This document shows, piece by piece, positions 28,494 through 38,236 of a stretch of 64,000 nucleotides of DNA. The stretch is from Fimbriimonadales bacterium (lineage in GTDB: Bacteria; Armatimonadota; Fimbriimonadia; Fimbriimonadales; ATM1). The stretch lies in contig JBPCLO010000051.1 in assembly GCA_051003155.1 (NCBI GenBank), forward strand, positions 1 through 64,000. Direction: 5' to 3'. The notes below the pieces were generated by a model, which made no database searches, was not told the DNA's origin, and saw only the letters and a program-made list of their open reading frames with translations. The first letter of the stretch is position 1. Each line of letters begins with the position of its first letter. The position numbers and the translations under genes were made by a program.

Positions 28494-29108
28494 TCAGTCT
28501 GCACATTCTTCAATTGTCCGCGGCCAGTCCTCTTCAACAGCCTAGAGAGAGCGCGATCGGCGAGTACGCGGTCTTGGTTTTAGCATCGAGCGCAGTAGTT
28601 GATCTCGCGGTGAACCTGTGGAAGCGGGTGCTCATCTGTTCACCTTCTCCGCGTGGACGATGCGTTGGATCGGCATCCCGCAGACGCGACAAGGCTTCCG
28701 GTACCGGCCGTGAACATTGAAGTCCTTGCGAGAGGCCGTGACCTCGCCCTTGCCGGGGAAACGCTCGCCGAACTCGCTCCGCAGCTTCTCGATCCAATGG
28801 GAAAGCGTGTCGCGGGTGGCGATTCGGAGGCGCCCGACTTCGTCGGCGGAGAGGGACTTCGTGAGCTGAAGGGGCGACAGGCGCGCCGCGAACAGGATTT
28901 CGTCCGAGTAGGCGTTTCCGATCCCACTGAACCTATTTGGCTGGGTCAGCGCCCTCTTTAGTGTGCGGTTCTCAGCCGGAAGCGCTTCGGCGAATTGATC
29001 GATCGTCGGGGCCATGGGATCGATTCGTCCCGGATCGTGGGCCGCCAAGCCTTCCATGCCCGAAACGATGTGGATGGAGGCGCGGCGCTTGGTTTCGGCC
29101 TCGGTGAG
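28494..29108 (-). pseudogene. Fpg/Nei DNA glycosylase 3' fragment (H2TH + zinc finger), copy 1
   Basis: LTEAETKRRASIH...SGIGNAYSDEIL...PCRVCG...[37-bp insert]...EINYCARC*NQDRVLADRALSRLLK/DWPRTIEE; no N-terminal PE(L)PE. Confidence 0.85.
28608..28644. repeat. 37-bp palindromic insertion with 7-bp inverted ends
   Basis: GGTGAAC (28609-15) ... GTTCACC (28638-44) splits the GAG AAC GAG ATC codons of the Fpg fragment. Confidence 0.65.
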
Positions 29109-29278
29109 CGCGTCCTCAGTTGACCCAAGGAATTTGCAATTTGTGCGTGAGCTGAGGCCATAGACGCACTGTGAAACTCTTCCTTCGCGAGCGGGTCGTC
29201 TTTCATCTGTTCGAAAAGAGGTCCGTACTTGCTCCGAACGAGTGCATCAAGTTCCATCCGCAGTTTGGTTTCGTCCAT
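28958..29278 (-). CDS. hypothetical ORF: about 56 novel codons fused out of frame onto the Fpg fragment
   Basis: Starts 1 nt after the leuC stop (MDETKLRMELDAL...); its 3' half reads Fpg sequence in another frame. Confidence 0.35.
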   Translation of the reverse strand: MDETKLRMELDALVRSKYGPLFEQMKDDPLAKEEFHSASMASAHAQIANSLGQLRTRSPRPKPSAAPPSTSFRAWKAWRPTIRDESIPWPRRSINSPKRFRLRTAH

Positions 29279-29279
29279 C

Positions 29280-30671
29280 TTACGCCACCATTTTCTCGCG
29301 CGGATCGGTCAGATGGCCCGTTAGAGCCGTAGCCGCGGCCGTAATTGGGGAGACCAGGTGAGTTCGTGAGCCGGGGCCCTGCCGACCTTCGTACGGGCGG
29401 TTGCTGGTGCTGGCGCTACGTTGTTTCGGGTGCAGAATATCGCCGTTCATGCCGAGGCACATGCTGCAGCCCGCATGGTGCCATTCGAAGCCGGCCTCGA
29501 CGAATATCCGGTCTAATCCTTCAGCCATGGCCGCCATCCGCACGGCCTCGCTGCCGGGCACGACCATCGCGCGAACGCCTTCCGCAACCTTCTTTCCCCT
29601 GACCATCGCAGCCGCCTCCCGCAAATCTTCCAGGCGGCTATTTGTGCAACTTCCGATAAAAACAGTGTTGATATCAAGTTCCGTCATCGAGGTTCCCGGT
29701 GCGAGTCCCATGTACATTTGGGCCCGCTCCTCGCTTGCGTCCTTCGGCTCGGGTACCGATCCGCCGATGTCGACGGTCATGGCGGGCGTAGTTCCCCAAG
29801 AGACCTGGGGCTCCAGCGAACCGGCATCCAGTTGTACCGTTTCGTCGAAGGCCGCGCCGTCATCCGACGGCAGTTCTTTCCACTGTTCGACCATGCGATT
29901 GAAGGCGGCTCTCTTCGGGGCGAACGGGCGATCCTCGGCGGCGATGTACTCGAAAGTAGTTTCGTCTGGGGCGATCATTCCGGCGCGCGCGCCCATCTCG
30001 ATGCTCATGTTGCAGATGGTCATGCGACCGCTCATCGGAAGCGCGCGGATCGCCTCGCCTCGATACTCCACCACATGGCCGGTTCCCCCCGAAGCGCCGA
30101 TTTTGCGGATAGTCGCCAAAATAACGTCCTTCGCGGTGACCCCCATTCGCAAGGCGCCACTAACTTCGACAGCCATCGCCTTCGGCTTGGTGGGCGCTCT
30201 CAGGGTCTGCGTCGCCAGGACGTGCTCGACCTCCGTTGTTCCGATGCCGAACGCCAAAGCGCCGAATGCACCGTGAGTGCTCGTGTGGCTGTCGCCGCAG
30301 ACGATGGTGGTCCCGGGCAACGTAAGTCCGAGTTGAGGGCCGATTATATGGACAATTCCCTGGTGGCTATCCAAGTATCCCCAGAGAGACACGCCGAATT
30401 CCTTGCAGTTCTTGCTCAGCGTCTCGATCTGCATGCCGCTGAGGGTCGCCGTGTCGATGGGTCGGCCGTCTGTCGGCACATTGTGGTCCACGGTCGCGAA
30501 CGTGAGATCGGGGCGGCGCACTCTTCGCCTGTGCTCGCGCAAGCCGTCGAAGGCCTGCGGCGATGTCACCTCGTGCACAAGATGCCGGTTGACGTAAAGC
30601 AGCGCCCCGCCACCGGGCAATTCGGTGACGACATGGCTATCCCAAACCTTGTCGAAAAGCGTCTTCGGCAC
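29280..30671 (-). CDS. leuC: 3-isopropylmalate dehydratase large subunit
   Basis: Motifs [40 protein letters not shown] and STSNR. Confidence 0.96.
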   Translation of the reverse strand: MPKTLFDKVWDSHVVTELPGGGALLYVNRHLVHEVTSPQAFDGLREHRRRVRRPDLTFATVDHNVPTDGRPIDTATLSGMQIETLSKNCKEFGVSLWGYLDSHQGIVHIIGPQLGLTLPGTTIVCGDSHTSTHGAFGALAFGIGTTEVEHVLATQTLRAPTKPKAMAVEVSGALRMGVTAKDVILATIRKIGASGGTGHVVEYRGEAIRALPMSGRMTICNMSIEMGARAGMIAPDETTFEYIAAEDRPFAPKRAAFNRMVEQWKELPSDDGAAFDETVQLDAGSLEPQVSWGTTPAMTVDIGGSVPEPKDASEERAQMYMGLAPGTSMTELDINTVFIGSCTNSRLEDLREAAAMVRGKKVAEGVRAMVVPGSEAVRMAAMAEGLDRIFVEAGFEWHHAGCSMCLGMNGDILHPKQRSASTSNRPYEGRQGPGSRTHLVSPITAAATALTGHLTDPREKMVA

Positions 30672-30705
30672 AATACTAAGTTTACTGCGAGTTGGGATTA
30701 CTCTC

Positions 30706-31080
30706 TCAAGCCTTCCTACCGCAAGCCTTGCAGAATCTCCAGTCGCTTTGTATCCGGCCACCACAATGCACGCAATACATACTGGCAGGGGTGGGAACTG
30801 AGGCGACTGGTTCGGGTGCCGAGATACTCGAACCAAGGCCCCCATCATCGCTTGAAGGTGGTCTTAGAGGTTGGGGCATGTCCCCTGGGCGTCCACGGAA
30901 CACGATTGTGATGGCGACGTAGAGTAAACCGGCACCCAACAGGAGAAAAAGAGCCCAGCTATCGCCACTTTGTTCCGAAGCAAGAAATTGCCAAGCCGCG
31001 TAAATAAGCCCCAATCCATTTATGAAACAGTACCAAGCAAGACAACCACACGTTCTGCGCCTCGCACTACCCTCTTCCAT
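30706..31080 (-). CDS. two-TM membrane protein with C-terminal double zinc ribbon
   Basis: YCVHCG...FCKACG. Confidence 0.7.
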   Translation of the reverse strand: MEEGSARRRTCGCLAWYCFINGLGLIYAAWQFLASEQSGDSWALFLLLGAGLLYVAITIVFRGRPGDMPQPLRPPSSDDGGLGSSISAPEPVASVPTPASMYCVHCGGRIQSDWRFCKACGRKA

Positions 31081-31103
31081 GCCAATTGCAGTATATCCCC
31101 CAT

Positions 31104-32597
31104 TTATGCCTCCGCTTGGCGTGGAGGATTGCGCCGAAAGCCGTCAACGGCAAGCAGTTGAAGGATAGGAACAGGAACTTGCTTCGGATTCTCTCGAGGA
31201 TCCACGTCGTAAGCCTGAAAATCGGCTAGCTGCATCAGGTCCAAGCGGCCAAACTCTTTGTCGTCATCCAGGGCCGCCGCGCCCCGCGTATAGAGGTCGA
31301 CCGCCTCTTCGTAAGTAATCGCCTCCGTAGGGTGAGAGATCGCTTCGCGGATTCCGTCCCACGGGTTTCCCGGAACGATCGGCATGTCGCTGCTAAAACC
31401 TACAGGCACGTTCGCATCCAACAAGCTACACACCCGCTTCAGGCGCGACGCTCGCTCATCGCCAAGCTGGCGCTTGTAAGCGTGGAGGAACCGGAGCCGA
31501 AACTCGGGCTGCATCGAAACGCGTACTCCGAGCGCCGCCATCCGCGCGATTTGGGCATCTGATAGGATCATCGCGTGCTCGATCCGGTGGCGCGAGGGGT
31601 CTTTCGTCGTTGCCAGTGCGTCCAAGACCACGTCGGTCGACCGGTCGCCGATCGAATGGATCGCGATCGAGTACCCTGCCTCGTCCGCGATCGAAACGCG
31701 CCGCTGCAGCTCTTCTGGAGGATAGATGAGCTGCCCGGTCCCCCGAACCGTGAACTCATCGTACGTCGCCGCGGTCGCAGCGCCGATGGCCCCGTCGGCA
31801 TACAACTTCACGCCGTTCACCCGCAGCATGGGAGTCGGTGCGGGTAATTCGCTTTTGCCTCTGAAGACCTGGCTCCAGTTCGGATAGAGCCTTATCCTTA
31901 GCCGCGCGCCTCGTTCGATCGCGTCCTGATACGCCCAGATTTGATCCTCCAGGTCGTGTGTGCTGCCCATGTCGGCGGCGGACGTGATGCCCATCGCATT
32001 CATCTTTTGGGAGGCGGCGAGGATCGCGTCCGACATCTCCTGGCGGCTCGGCTTCGGCAAGAGGCGGTAGACCACCCGCATCGCGTTCTCGAGAAAGACA
32101 CCCGTAGGACTGCCGGCTTCATCCCGAACGATTTCGCCGCCCTTCACATCGGCCATGTCGGCAAGAGCGATCGCGGTCCGGTTGGCGATGCATGCGTGCC
32201 CGCTCGTGTGCCTCAATATCGCCGGACGCCCGACGGTCACAGTTTCGAGTTCGTCGGCGGATAAATGCCGCCCGTCTTCAAATCGAGCCTGGTCGTACTG
32301 AACGGCGAGCAGCCATTCGTCGCGAGTATCGGCCCCTCGTTCGCGGACACGATTCAAAACTTCCTCGCGCGACGCGCACCCGGTCAGATCGAGTTTTTGC
32401 AGATCAAGCCCGGTCGCGAGAATATGGCAATGGCAATCCACGAAACCGGGCATGATAAATGCGCCACCGAGATCGGTGTCGTCGTCCGCGAAAGGCTCTT
32501 CCGTCCCTCGATACGTGACCTTGCCGTCGCTGGAGACGTGCAGATTACAGGGCGAGCCGTCACGCCACCACCGTGCGTTTGTGAAGAGGTGAGACAT
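31104..32597 (-). CDS. amidohydrolase (YtcJ-like)
   Basis: Motifs PGFVDCHCH, KLYADG, HSIGD, RIEHA and SSD.P. Confidence 0.9.
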   Translation of the reverse strand: MSHLFTNARWWRDGSPCNLHVSSDGKVTYRGTEEPFADDDTDLGGAFIMPGFVDCHCHILATGLDLQKLDLTGCASREEVLNRVRERGADTRDEWLLAVQYDQARFEDGRHLSADELETVTVGRPAILRHTSGHACIANRTAIALADMADVKGGEIVRDEAGSPTGVFLENAMRVVYRLLPKPSRQEMSDAILAASQKMNAMGITSAADMGSTHDLEDQIWAYQDAIERGARLRIRLYPNWSQVFRGKSELPAPTPMLRVNGVKLYADGAIGAATAATYDEFTVRGTGQLIYPPEELQRRVSIADEAGYSIAIHSIGDRSTDVVLDALATTKDPSRHRIEHAMILSDAQIARMAALGVRVSMQPEFRLRFLHAYKRQLGDERASRLKRVCSLLDANVPVGFSSDMPIVPGNPWDGIREAISHPTEAITYEEAVDLYTRGAAALDDDKEFGRLDLMQLADFQAYDVDPRENPKQVPVPILQLLAVDGFRRNPPRQAEA

Positions 32598-34670
32598 CTA
32601 TTTTCTGTACTTCAGGTCTTTGCCTTTTCTCGGCGCGCGAATGAGGTTTCTCGCCGGGTTCGATATTCCCGCAATCTTTCTTAATTCGAAAATCTCATCG
32701 CGCACTCGAGCGGCCTTTTCGAATTCCATTTCGCGCGCAAACCCGATCATTTCCTTTTCTAACCTCGCGACTTCTACAGGAATATCGGTGACATCTATGG
32801 GTGACCCATCCGGCTTTCGCGCAGGAGGCAAACCATAAGCCGCAGATTCTTCGGCAACAAAATGGTAGCTGCGCACCGTTTCGCGCACCTTCTTGGCAAC
32901 CGTCGTCGGTGACGTGCCGTGCTCTTCGTTATACTCTTCCTGTACCTGGCGTCTCCGGTTCGTTTCCGCCAGAGCCCGCTCCATCGAGCCGGTAATCCTG
33001 TCGGCATACATAATCACCCTACCGCCTACGTTCCTGGCCGCTCGGCCGATCGTCTGGATAAGCGAAGTGTCGGAGCGCAGAAAACCTTCCTTGTCCGCAT
33101 CGAGAATCGCGACAAGAGTCACCTCGGGAAGGTCCAATCCCTCGCGCAACAAATTAACACCCACCAGAACGTCATAAACGCCGAGGCGCAGGTCCCGAAG
33201 AATCTCGGGTCGCTCCAACGAGTGAACATCGCTGTGGATATATTGCACCTTGACATTTAGTTCTTGTAGATACGAAGTTAAATCCTCCGCCATTCTTTTA
33301 GTGAGAGTAGTAACCAGTGATCGTTCGCCCTTTTGAACGCGAACCTGAATTTCGTGAATTAAGTCGTCGACTTGCCCTTGCGTCGGGCGAATGTCCACTT
33401 CCGGATCAACCAAGAACGTCGGGCGAATGATCTGCTCGACCGTTTGGCTGCTGTTTTCTTTCTCGAAAGGCCCGGGCGTTGCGCTCACGAATATGATCTG
33501 GCCGGCTCTCTCTTTGAACTCCGCGAACTTCAGCGGCCGGTTGTCCATCGCGCTGGGAAGGCGGAAACCATACTCGACCAGTACGCCTTTTCGCTGAACG
33601 TCGCCGTTGTACATCGCGTTCAGCTGCGGAACGGTTTGGTGGCTCTCGTCGATAAAAATGATCGTGTCGGATGGCAGAAAGTCCAGCAGCGTATGCGGCG
33701 GCGTGCCGGGCTCTCTATTATCGAAAAATCGCGAGTAATTCTCGATCCCGTTGCAATATCCGACCTCGCGAAGCATTTCGATATCGAAATCCGTGCGCTG
33801 TCTAAGACGCTGCTCCTCCAATAATTTGCCTTGCGATGTGAATAATGCGCATTGGGCGTCACGCTCAGCCTCGATTTCGTCGATCACGTCTTCGATGCGG
33901 TCCCACGGCGTCACGTAATGTGTCGCAGGGAAAATGCTCACGCGCTGCGGCTCGTCCAAAACGTCTTGGGTCAACGGATCGATAAGGCGGATCCTCTCGA
34001 TTTCGTCGCCGAAGAATTCGATGCGAGTCGTTATTTCTTCGTCCTTGGGCTGAATTTCCAGAATATCGCCGTTGACGCGAAAAGTCCCACGGTTCAGCAC
34101 CATTTCGTTGCGCGTAAATTGCATCTGTACTAAAGAGCGCAAGATGTCCGAACGTAGCGCAGAGCCGCCAACCTGGAAACTTAGAACCTTATCCTTATAA
34201 ACGTCCGGGTCGCCCAGGCCATAAATGCACGACACGCTGGCGACGGTGACTAAATCGCGCCTTTCCAAAGCGGCTTGGGTGGCGGCGTGGCGCAGCCGAT
34301 CGATCTCCTCGTTCGTGCTCGAGTCCTTTTCTATATAGAGGTCCGCGCTCGGCACGTAGGCTTCGGGCTGGTAGTAGTCGTAATAGCTGATGAAGTACTG
34401 GACCGAGTTTTCGGGAAAGAACGCCCTGAACTCTTGGCAGAGCTGCGCGGCGAGCGTCTTGTTGTGCGCGATCACCAGCGCAGGCCTTTTTGCACGGGCG
34501 ATCACGCTGGCCATCGTGTACGTTTTCCCGGTGCCGGTAGCCCCCAGCAGGGTCTGGTAGCGGTAGCCGGTTTCCAGGCCCTCGAGCAATCCCTCGATCG
34601 CGCCGGGCTGGTCGCCGCGCGGCTCGTACTCCTGGCTTAAGTTGAATTCGGCGTCCTTGGTAAGAAGCAT
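32598..34670 (-). CDS. uvrB: excinuclease ABC subunit B
   Basis: Motifs GATGTGKT, YYDYYQPEAY, DESH and GRAARN; C-terminal UVR domain. Confidence 0.98.
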   Translation of the reverse strand: MLLTKDAEFNLSQEYEPRGDQPGAIEGLLEGLETGYRYQTLLGATGTGKTYTMASVIARAKRPALVIAHNKTLAAQLCQEFRAFFPENSVQYFISYYDYYQPEAYVPSADLYIEKDSSTNEEIDRLRHAATQAALERRDLVTVASVSCIYGLGDPDVYKDKVLSFQVGGSALRSDILRSLVQMQFTRNEMVLNRGTFRVNGDILEIQPKDEEITTRIEFFGDEIERIRLIDPLTQDVLDEPQRVSIFPATHYVTPWDRIEDVIDEIEAERDAQCALFTSQGKLLEEQRLRQRTDFDIEMLREVGYCNGIENYSRFFDNREPGTPPHTLLDFLPSDTIIFIDESHQTVPQLNAMYNGDVQRKGVLVEYGFRLPSAMDNRPLKFAEFKERAGQIIFVSATPGPFEKENSSQTVEQIIRPTFLVDPEVDIRPTQGQVDDLIHEIQVRVQKGERSLVTTLTKRMAEDLTSYLQELNVKVQYIHSDVHSLERPEILRDLRLGVYDVLVGVNLLREGLDLPEVTLVAILDADKEGFLRSDTSLIQTIGRAARNVGGRVIMYADRITGSMERALAETNRRRQVQEEYNEEHGTSPTTVAKKVRETVRSYHFVAEESAAYGLPPARKPDGSPIDVTDIPVEVARLEKEMIGFAREMEFEKAARVRDEIFELRKIAGISNPARNLIRAPRKGKDLKYRK

Positions 34671-34713
34671 TCGTCGACCAGTTTACTACGGCGGCAGCCC
34701 GTATAATAGGCGA

Positions 34714-35319
34714 ATGCCCACGCTTGTTCTTGTCCGCCACGGACAGTCGATTTGGAATGCCGAGGACCGCTTTACCGGCTGGATCGACGTGCCTCTTTCA
34801 TCAAAGGGAGAGGACGAGGCGCGAAGGGCAGGGCAACTGCTAAAAGGGTACAAGTTCGATGTGGCGTACACCAGCGCGCTTATGCGCGCCCAGGACACGC
34901 TGGCGATCATGATGGAGGAGATGGGCTGTGATATGCCCGTCATTCGCGACGCTGCCTTGAACGAACGGATGTACGGCCACCTGCAGGGCCTGAACAAAGA
35001 GCGGACAAGGGAGAGGTATAGCCCCGAAATTGTCCATCTTTGGAGGCGGAGTTTCGACATTCCACCGCCGGGCGGCGAGGCGCTCAAGGACACAGCCGCT
35101 CGAACGATTCCGTTTTACGAGGCCGCAATCTTGGGCGACCTGAGCCAGGGCAAGGACGTGCTCGTCGCCGCCCATGGGAACAGCAACCGCTCGATCGCTA
35201 TGGCTCTGGAGAACCTCACCCCCGAGCAAGTGGTCGGACTCGAAATGCCGACAGGCGTGCCGTATGTCTACGGGGTCGACAAGAACGGCAAAATGAAGGG
35301 CAAGAGAATTCTCTCTTAG
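34714..35319 (+). CDS. gpmA: 2,3-bisphosphoglycerate-dependent phosphoglycerate mutase
   Basis: Motifs LVRHGQS, FTGW.DV, LNERMYG and AHGNS. Confidence 0.93.
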   Translation: MPTLVLVRHGQSIWNAEDRFTGWIDVPLSSKGEDEARRAGQLLKGYKFDVAYTSALMRAQDTLAIMMEEMGCDMPVIRDAALNERMYGHLQGLNKERTRERYSPEIVHLWRRSFDIPPPGGEALKDTAARTIPFYEAAILGDLSQGKDVLVAAHGNSNRSIAMALENLTPEQVVGLEMPTGVPYVYGVDKNGKMKGKRILS

Positions 35320-35622
35320 TGTTTCCGGCAGCGGGGCTGTGCGTACCGGTCTATTTCGTCCACCACCTGTTCCATCTCTGCGTCGGACCTTACGCCGGAG
35401 TAGTAGACCGCGTACGAGAGATCCGTAGTAGCTGGCGTCTTTCCATCTCTGAATCCGCGGGTGCCGCTCGATCGCCGAGCGGACGTATTCGGCGGAATCT
35501 ACGTCCAAGACCCGCCACTCGCCGCCCGAGTTATTGAGCACCACGAACACGCCTCGTTGGTCGACGATTTCATATAGCTGGGTGTATGGCCCGTCGAAGT
35601 CGTAATCGGCAATGGAGGACAT
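35316..35622 (-). pseudogene. small GIY-YIG-like gene with a +1 frameshift
   Basis: GGAGG RBS; MSSIADYDFDGPY...GVFVVL...VLDVDSA...IERHPR; a shift near 35416 gives YAVYYSG...EIDRYAQPRCRKH*. Length 307 nt = 3n+1. Confidence 0.55.
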
Positions 35623-35686
35623 TTCAAAACCACCTCCACGGCGACGATCGGTAGGTAGAGTAATATTCCTGCGCTTAGCCCAAAAT

Positions 35687-35780
35687 GGGGGCGGATGGGT
35701 GCTGGTGTGCCTTCCGGTCTTCAAAACCGGTGTGACTCGCTTGCGGGTCAGGTGGGTTCGATTCCCACACGCTCCCGCCA
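35687..35780 (+). tRNA. selC: tRNA-Sec(TCA)
   Basis: 94 nt; anticodon arm CCGGT-CTTCAAA-ACCGG; extended D-stem with 4-nt loop; long variable arm; GTGGG-TTCGATT-CCCAC; G discriminator + CCA. Confidence 0.93.
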
Positions 35781-35865
35781 CTTCTTAAGCACAGCCTATC
35801 CGATTGACTCCGCGGGAGATGCGTCAGCGACCGTCCTACCGAGCAACCACCCGTGCAAGGCGAAC

Positions 35866-37524
35866 CTATCGTGAGGCCGAGAACTCGCCGTGTTGCGGCG
35901 CATGATCAGCAGGCGACAGCACGCCGCGCTCTTCCCATCGCCCGAGGTCCGTGTCCGATGTTCGCTGCACGGCTACAACCTCGCCCTTTCCGTTGATATC
36001 CACGTCGAGGGCGCTCCACGCGGGGCGCTCGCCGGGCGGCAGCAAGGTCTGATGGCGAACCGCATTCAGGCTCGCCTGCATTTTCTCCGTGAACGTCGTG
36101 GGATACAAGCCCATCCAGAAAACGAACACGAGCAGCGCCCAACAGAGCCCCTGTTCCCACGGCTTGATGTCCCGTAGGTTCGTGAGCGACGGTTTATCCA
36201 GCGACCCATAGAACACCTTCTGGTACATCCAAAGGAGATACACCGCCGCTAGGACGACGCCCGACCCCGCGAGCACCGGCATCCACATGGGCACCTGCCC
36301 GTTGAAACCCGCCTGGAAAGCGCCGATCATCGAAAGGAACTCACCGATGAAGCCGTTCATGCTGGGAAGGCCAACGGACGAGAGCATGATCAAAAGGAAC
36401 AGCATCGCGAACATCGGCATCTGCCGCTTCAGACCGCCGTAATCCGCAAAGAGCCGAGTGTGTGTGCGCTCGTAAATCATGCCAACCATAAGGAACAGCG
36501 CCCCCGTGCTGATGCCGTGGTTGATGGATTGCATAACCGCCCCGGTGAGCCCGTTATGGTTCAGGGCGAAGACGCCGAGCATGACGAACCCGAGGTGCGA
36601 AACGGACGAGTACGCGACGAGCCTCTTCCAGTCCGGTTGCACCGCCGCCATGACGGCGCCGTAGATAATCCCAATGACTGCCAGGCCCATCATAAACGGC
36701 GCTGCTTGAATCGCGGATTCTGGGAAGAGCGGCAGACAGAACCGCAGGAACCCGTAGACCCCCATCTTCAGCATGACCGCGGCCAGGATGATCGAGCCGG
36801 CGGTCGGCGCTTCGGTGTGCGCGTCGGGCAGCCACGTGTGAACCGGAAACATCGGCACCTTCACGGCGAATGCCACCGCGAAAGCCGCGAACAGCCACAT
36901 CTGCACCGGCCCGTTGAAAAGGTCACCTTGCGACGCCATCTCCTGGAGCCGAATTAGGTCGAAGGTGCCGGCCTTCGCGTGCAGCGCGATAATGGCTACC
37001 AGCATAAAGATCGAGCCGAGAAACGTGTAAAGGAAAAACTTGATCGACGAATAGATGCGGTACTTGCCTCCCCAAATCGCGATCAGGAAGTACATGGGTA
37101 CCAGCGTCGCCTCGAAGAACACGTAGAACAGGATCAGGTCGAGCGCGCAGAACACTCCGAGCATCGCAGTTTCGAGGATCAGGAGCCAGATCATGAACTC
37201 CTTTGCTCGCTCCTTCACATAGAAGCTGAACCACACAGAAATGACCGTGATAAACGTGGTTAGCAGAACGAGCCAGAGGCTAATGCCGTCAATCCCAAGC
37301 TTGTAGGTTATCCCGAGCGACTCGATCCACGGGGTGCTCTCCGTCATCTGAAAGTGAAACGTGTTGCCGCTGAATTTCTGATAAATTCCCAGTGAAAGGA
37401 TGAACGTCGCCAAGCTCACCAAGAGCGCCCCCATCCTGTGCACTTTCTGCGCTTCTCTCGGCACGAGCATCAGCAGGAACGCGCCAAAAAGCGGCAGGAA
37501 GATGGCCAGACTAAGAATTCCCAT
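35866..37524 (-). CDS. nuoM: NADH-quinone oxidoreductase subunit M
   Basis: Motifs FYVFFE, VKVPMFPVHTWLPDAHTEAPT, LK.G.YG, AYSSVSHLG and PSMNGFIGEF. Confidence 0.93.
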   Translation of the reverse strand: MGILSLAIFLPLFGAFLLMLVPREAQKVHRMGALLVSLATFILSLGIYQKFSGNTFHFQMTESTPWIESLGITYKLGIDGISLWLVLLTTFITVISVWFSFYVKERAKEFMIWLLILETAMLGVFCALDLILFYVFFEATLVPMYFLIAIWGGKYRIYSSIKFFLYTFLGSIFMLVAIIALHAKAGTFDLIRLQEMASQGDLFNGPVQMWLFAAFAVAFAVKVPMFPVHTWLPDAHTEAPTAGSIILAAVMLKMGVYGFLRFCLPLFPESAIQAAPFMMGLAVIGIIYGAVMAAVQPDWKRLVAYSSVSHLGFVMLGVFALNHNGLTGAVMQSINHGISTGALFLMVGMIYERTHTRLFADYGGLKRQMPMFAMLFLLIMLSSVGLPSMNGFIGEFLSMIGAFQAGFNGQVPMWMPVLAGSGVVLAAVYLLWMYQKVFYGSLDKPSLTNLRDIKPWEQGLCWALLVFVFWMGLYPTTFTEKMQASLNAVRHQTLLPPGERPAWSALDVDINGKGEVVAVQRTSDTDLGRWEERGVLSPADHAPQHGEFSASR

Positions 37525-37686
37525 GGAGCCCACGAAGTTTTACCCTTTTGCAGTCAAACCCTTTGGGAGTGGGCGTGCTACTCGCAATTGAAACTTGCAC
37601 GAGTCGTCATCACGTGACCAGCGACTCAGGGAATAAGACGTGGTAACGACGGGGCCAGCGAGCGACTCTACAAGCTAACGTCGTGA

Positions 37687-37881
37687 TTGACGAAGGTTTC
37701 GGAGTTCGGGGGCAGTTGCCCGAATACGGACGCCTTCTCTTCCGCGAAGGCGGCCAGCATTCGATCTGGGTGAACCCGATCAATTAAGCGGTCGACCGTT
37801 TCGCGCCAACCAGAACTCGATCCGGTGACATGTCGTGCAATTTGCAAACAGCCTAATATCCCTGCGCATCTGGGTCGTTAG
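37687..37881 (+). pseudogene. hicA: HicA toxin remnant
   Basis: YGRLLFREGGQHSIWVNPIN* then shifted RSTVSRQPELDPVTCRAICKQ. Confidence 0.7.
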
Positions 37882-38098
37882 GCGGACAGCTGGGCAGACT
37901 CTGTCGCCGATCCCTCAGACCGCTCACTCTACCGCGATGTCGCGGTTCCGCGCTGTGAGTTCTTCAAAAGCGTCCAGGACGTGTCCTTGGCTCGTTCCTT
38001 GCTCTTCCCCTGTGAGATCGCGCTGGGACTTCCGCTATCGAGGCAACCCAAAAGCCATCCTCGCCCTTCTCGTAAATGATCGTCAGCTTGGTGTCCAC
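37878..38098 (-). pseudogene. hicB: HicB antitoxin remnant
   Basis: MDTKLTIIYEKGEDGFWVASIAEVP then shifted AISQGKSKE / VLDAFEEL. Confidence 0.75.
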
Positions 38099-38236
38099 TT
38101 GACGCAATTATGGAAGGCCCGTCGCTGGGTTAGCCTTTTACTTCGCCCTGCAAGCATGTGCCGCACGTAGTTCGGCCTCGTTAGACTCCAGCGGCGCGCC
38201 CTCGGACCAGGTGAAGTCTTTCGGCGGTAACCTGAC

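Noticed and set aside
28608..28644. CRISPR repeat
   Set aside because: Single copy, no spacers or cas genes; no CRISPR array seen anywhere in the window.
29718..30911. Long antisense or alternate-frame ORFs (e.g. 29718-30911, 41861-42835, 58392-59258)
   Set aside because: Shadow ORFs expected from high-GC codon bias over well-supported genes.
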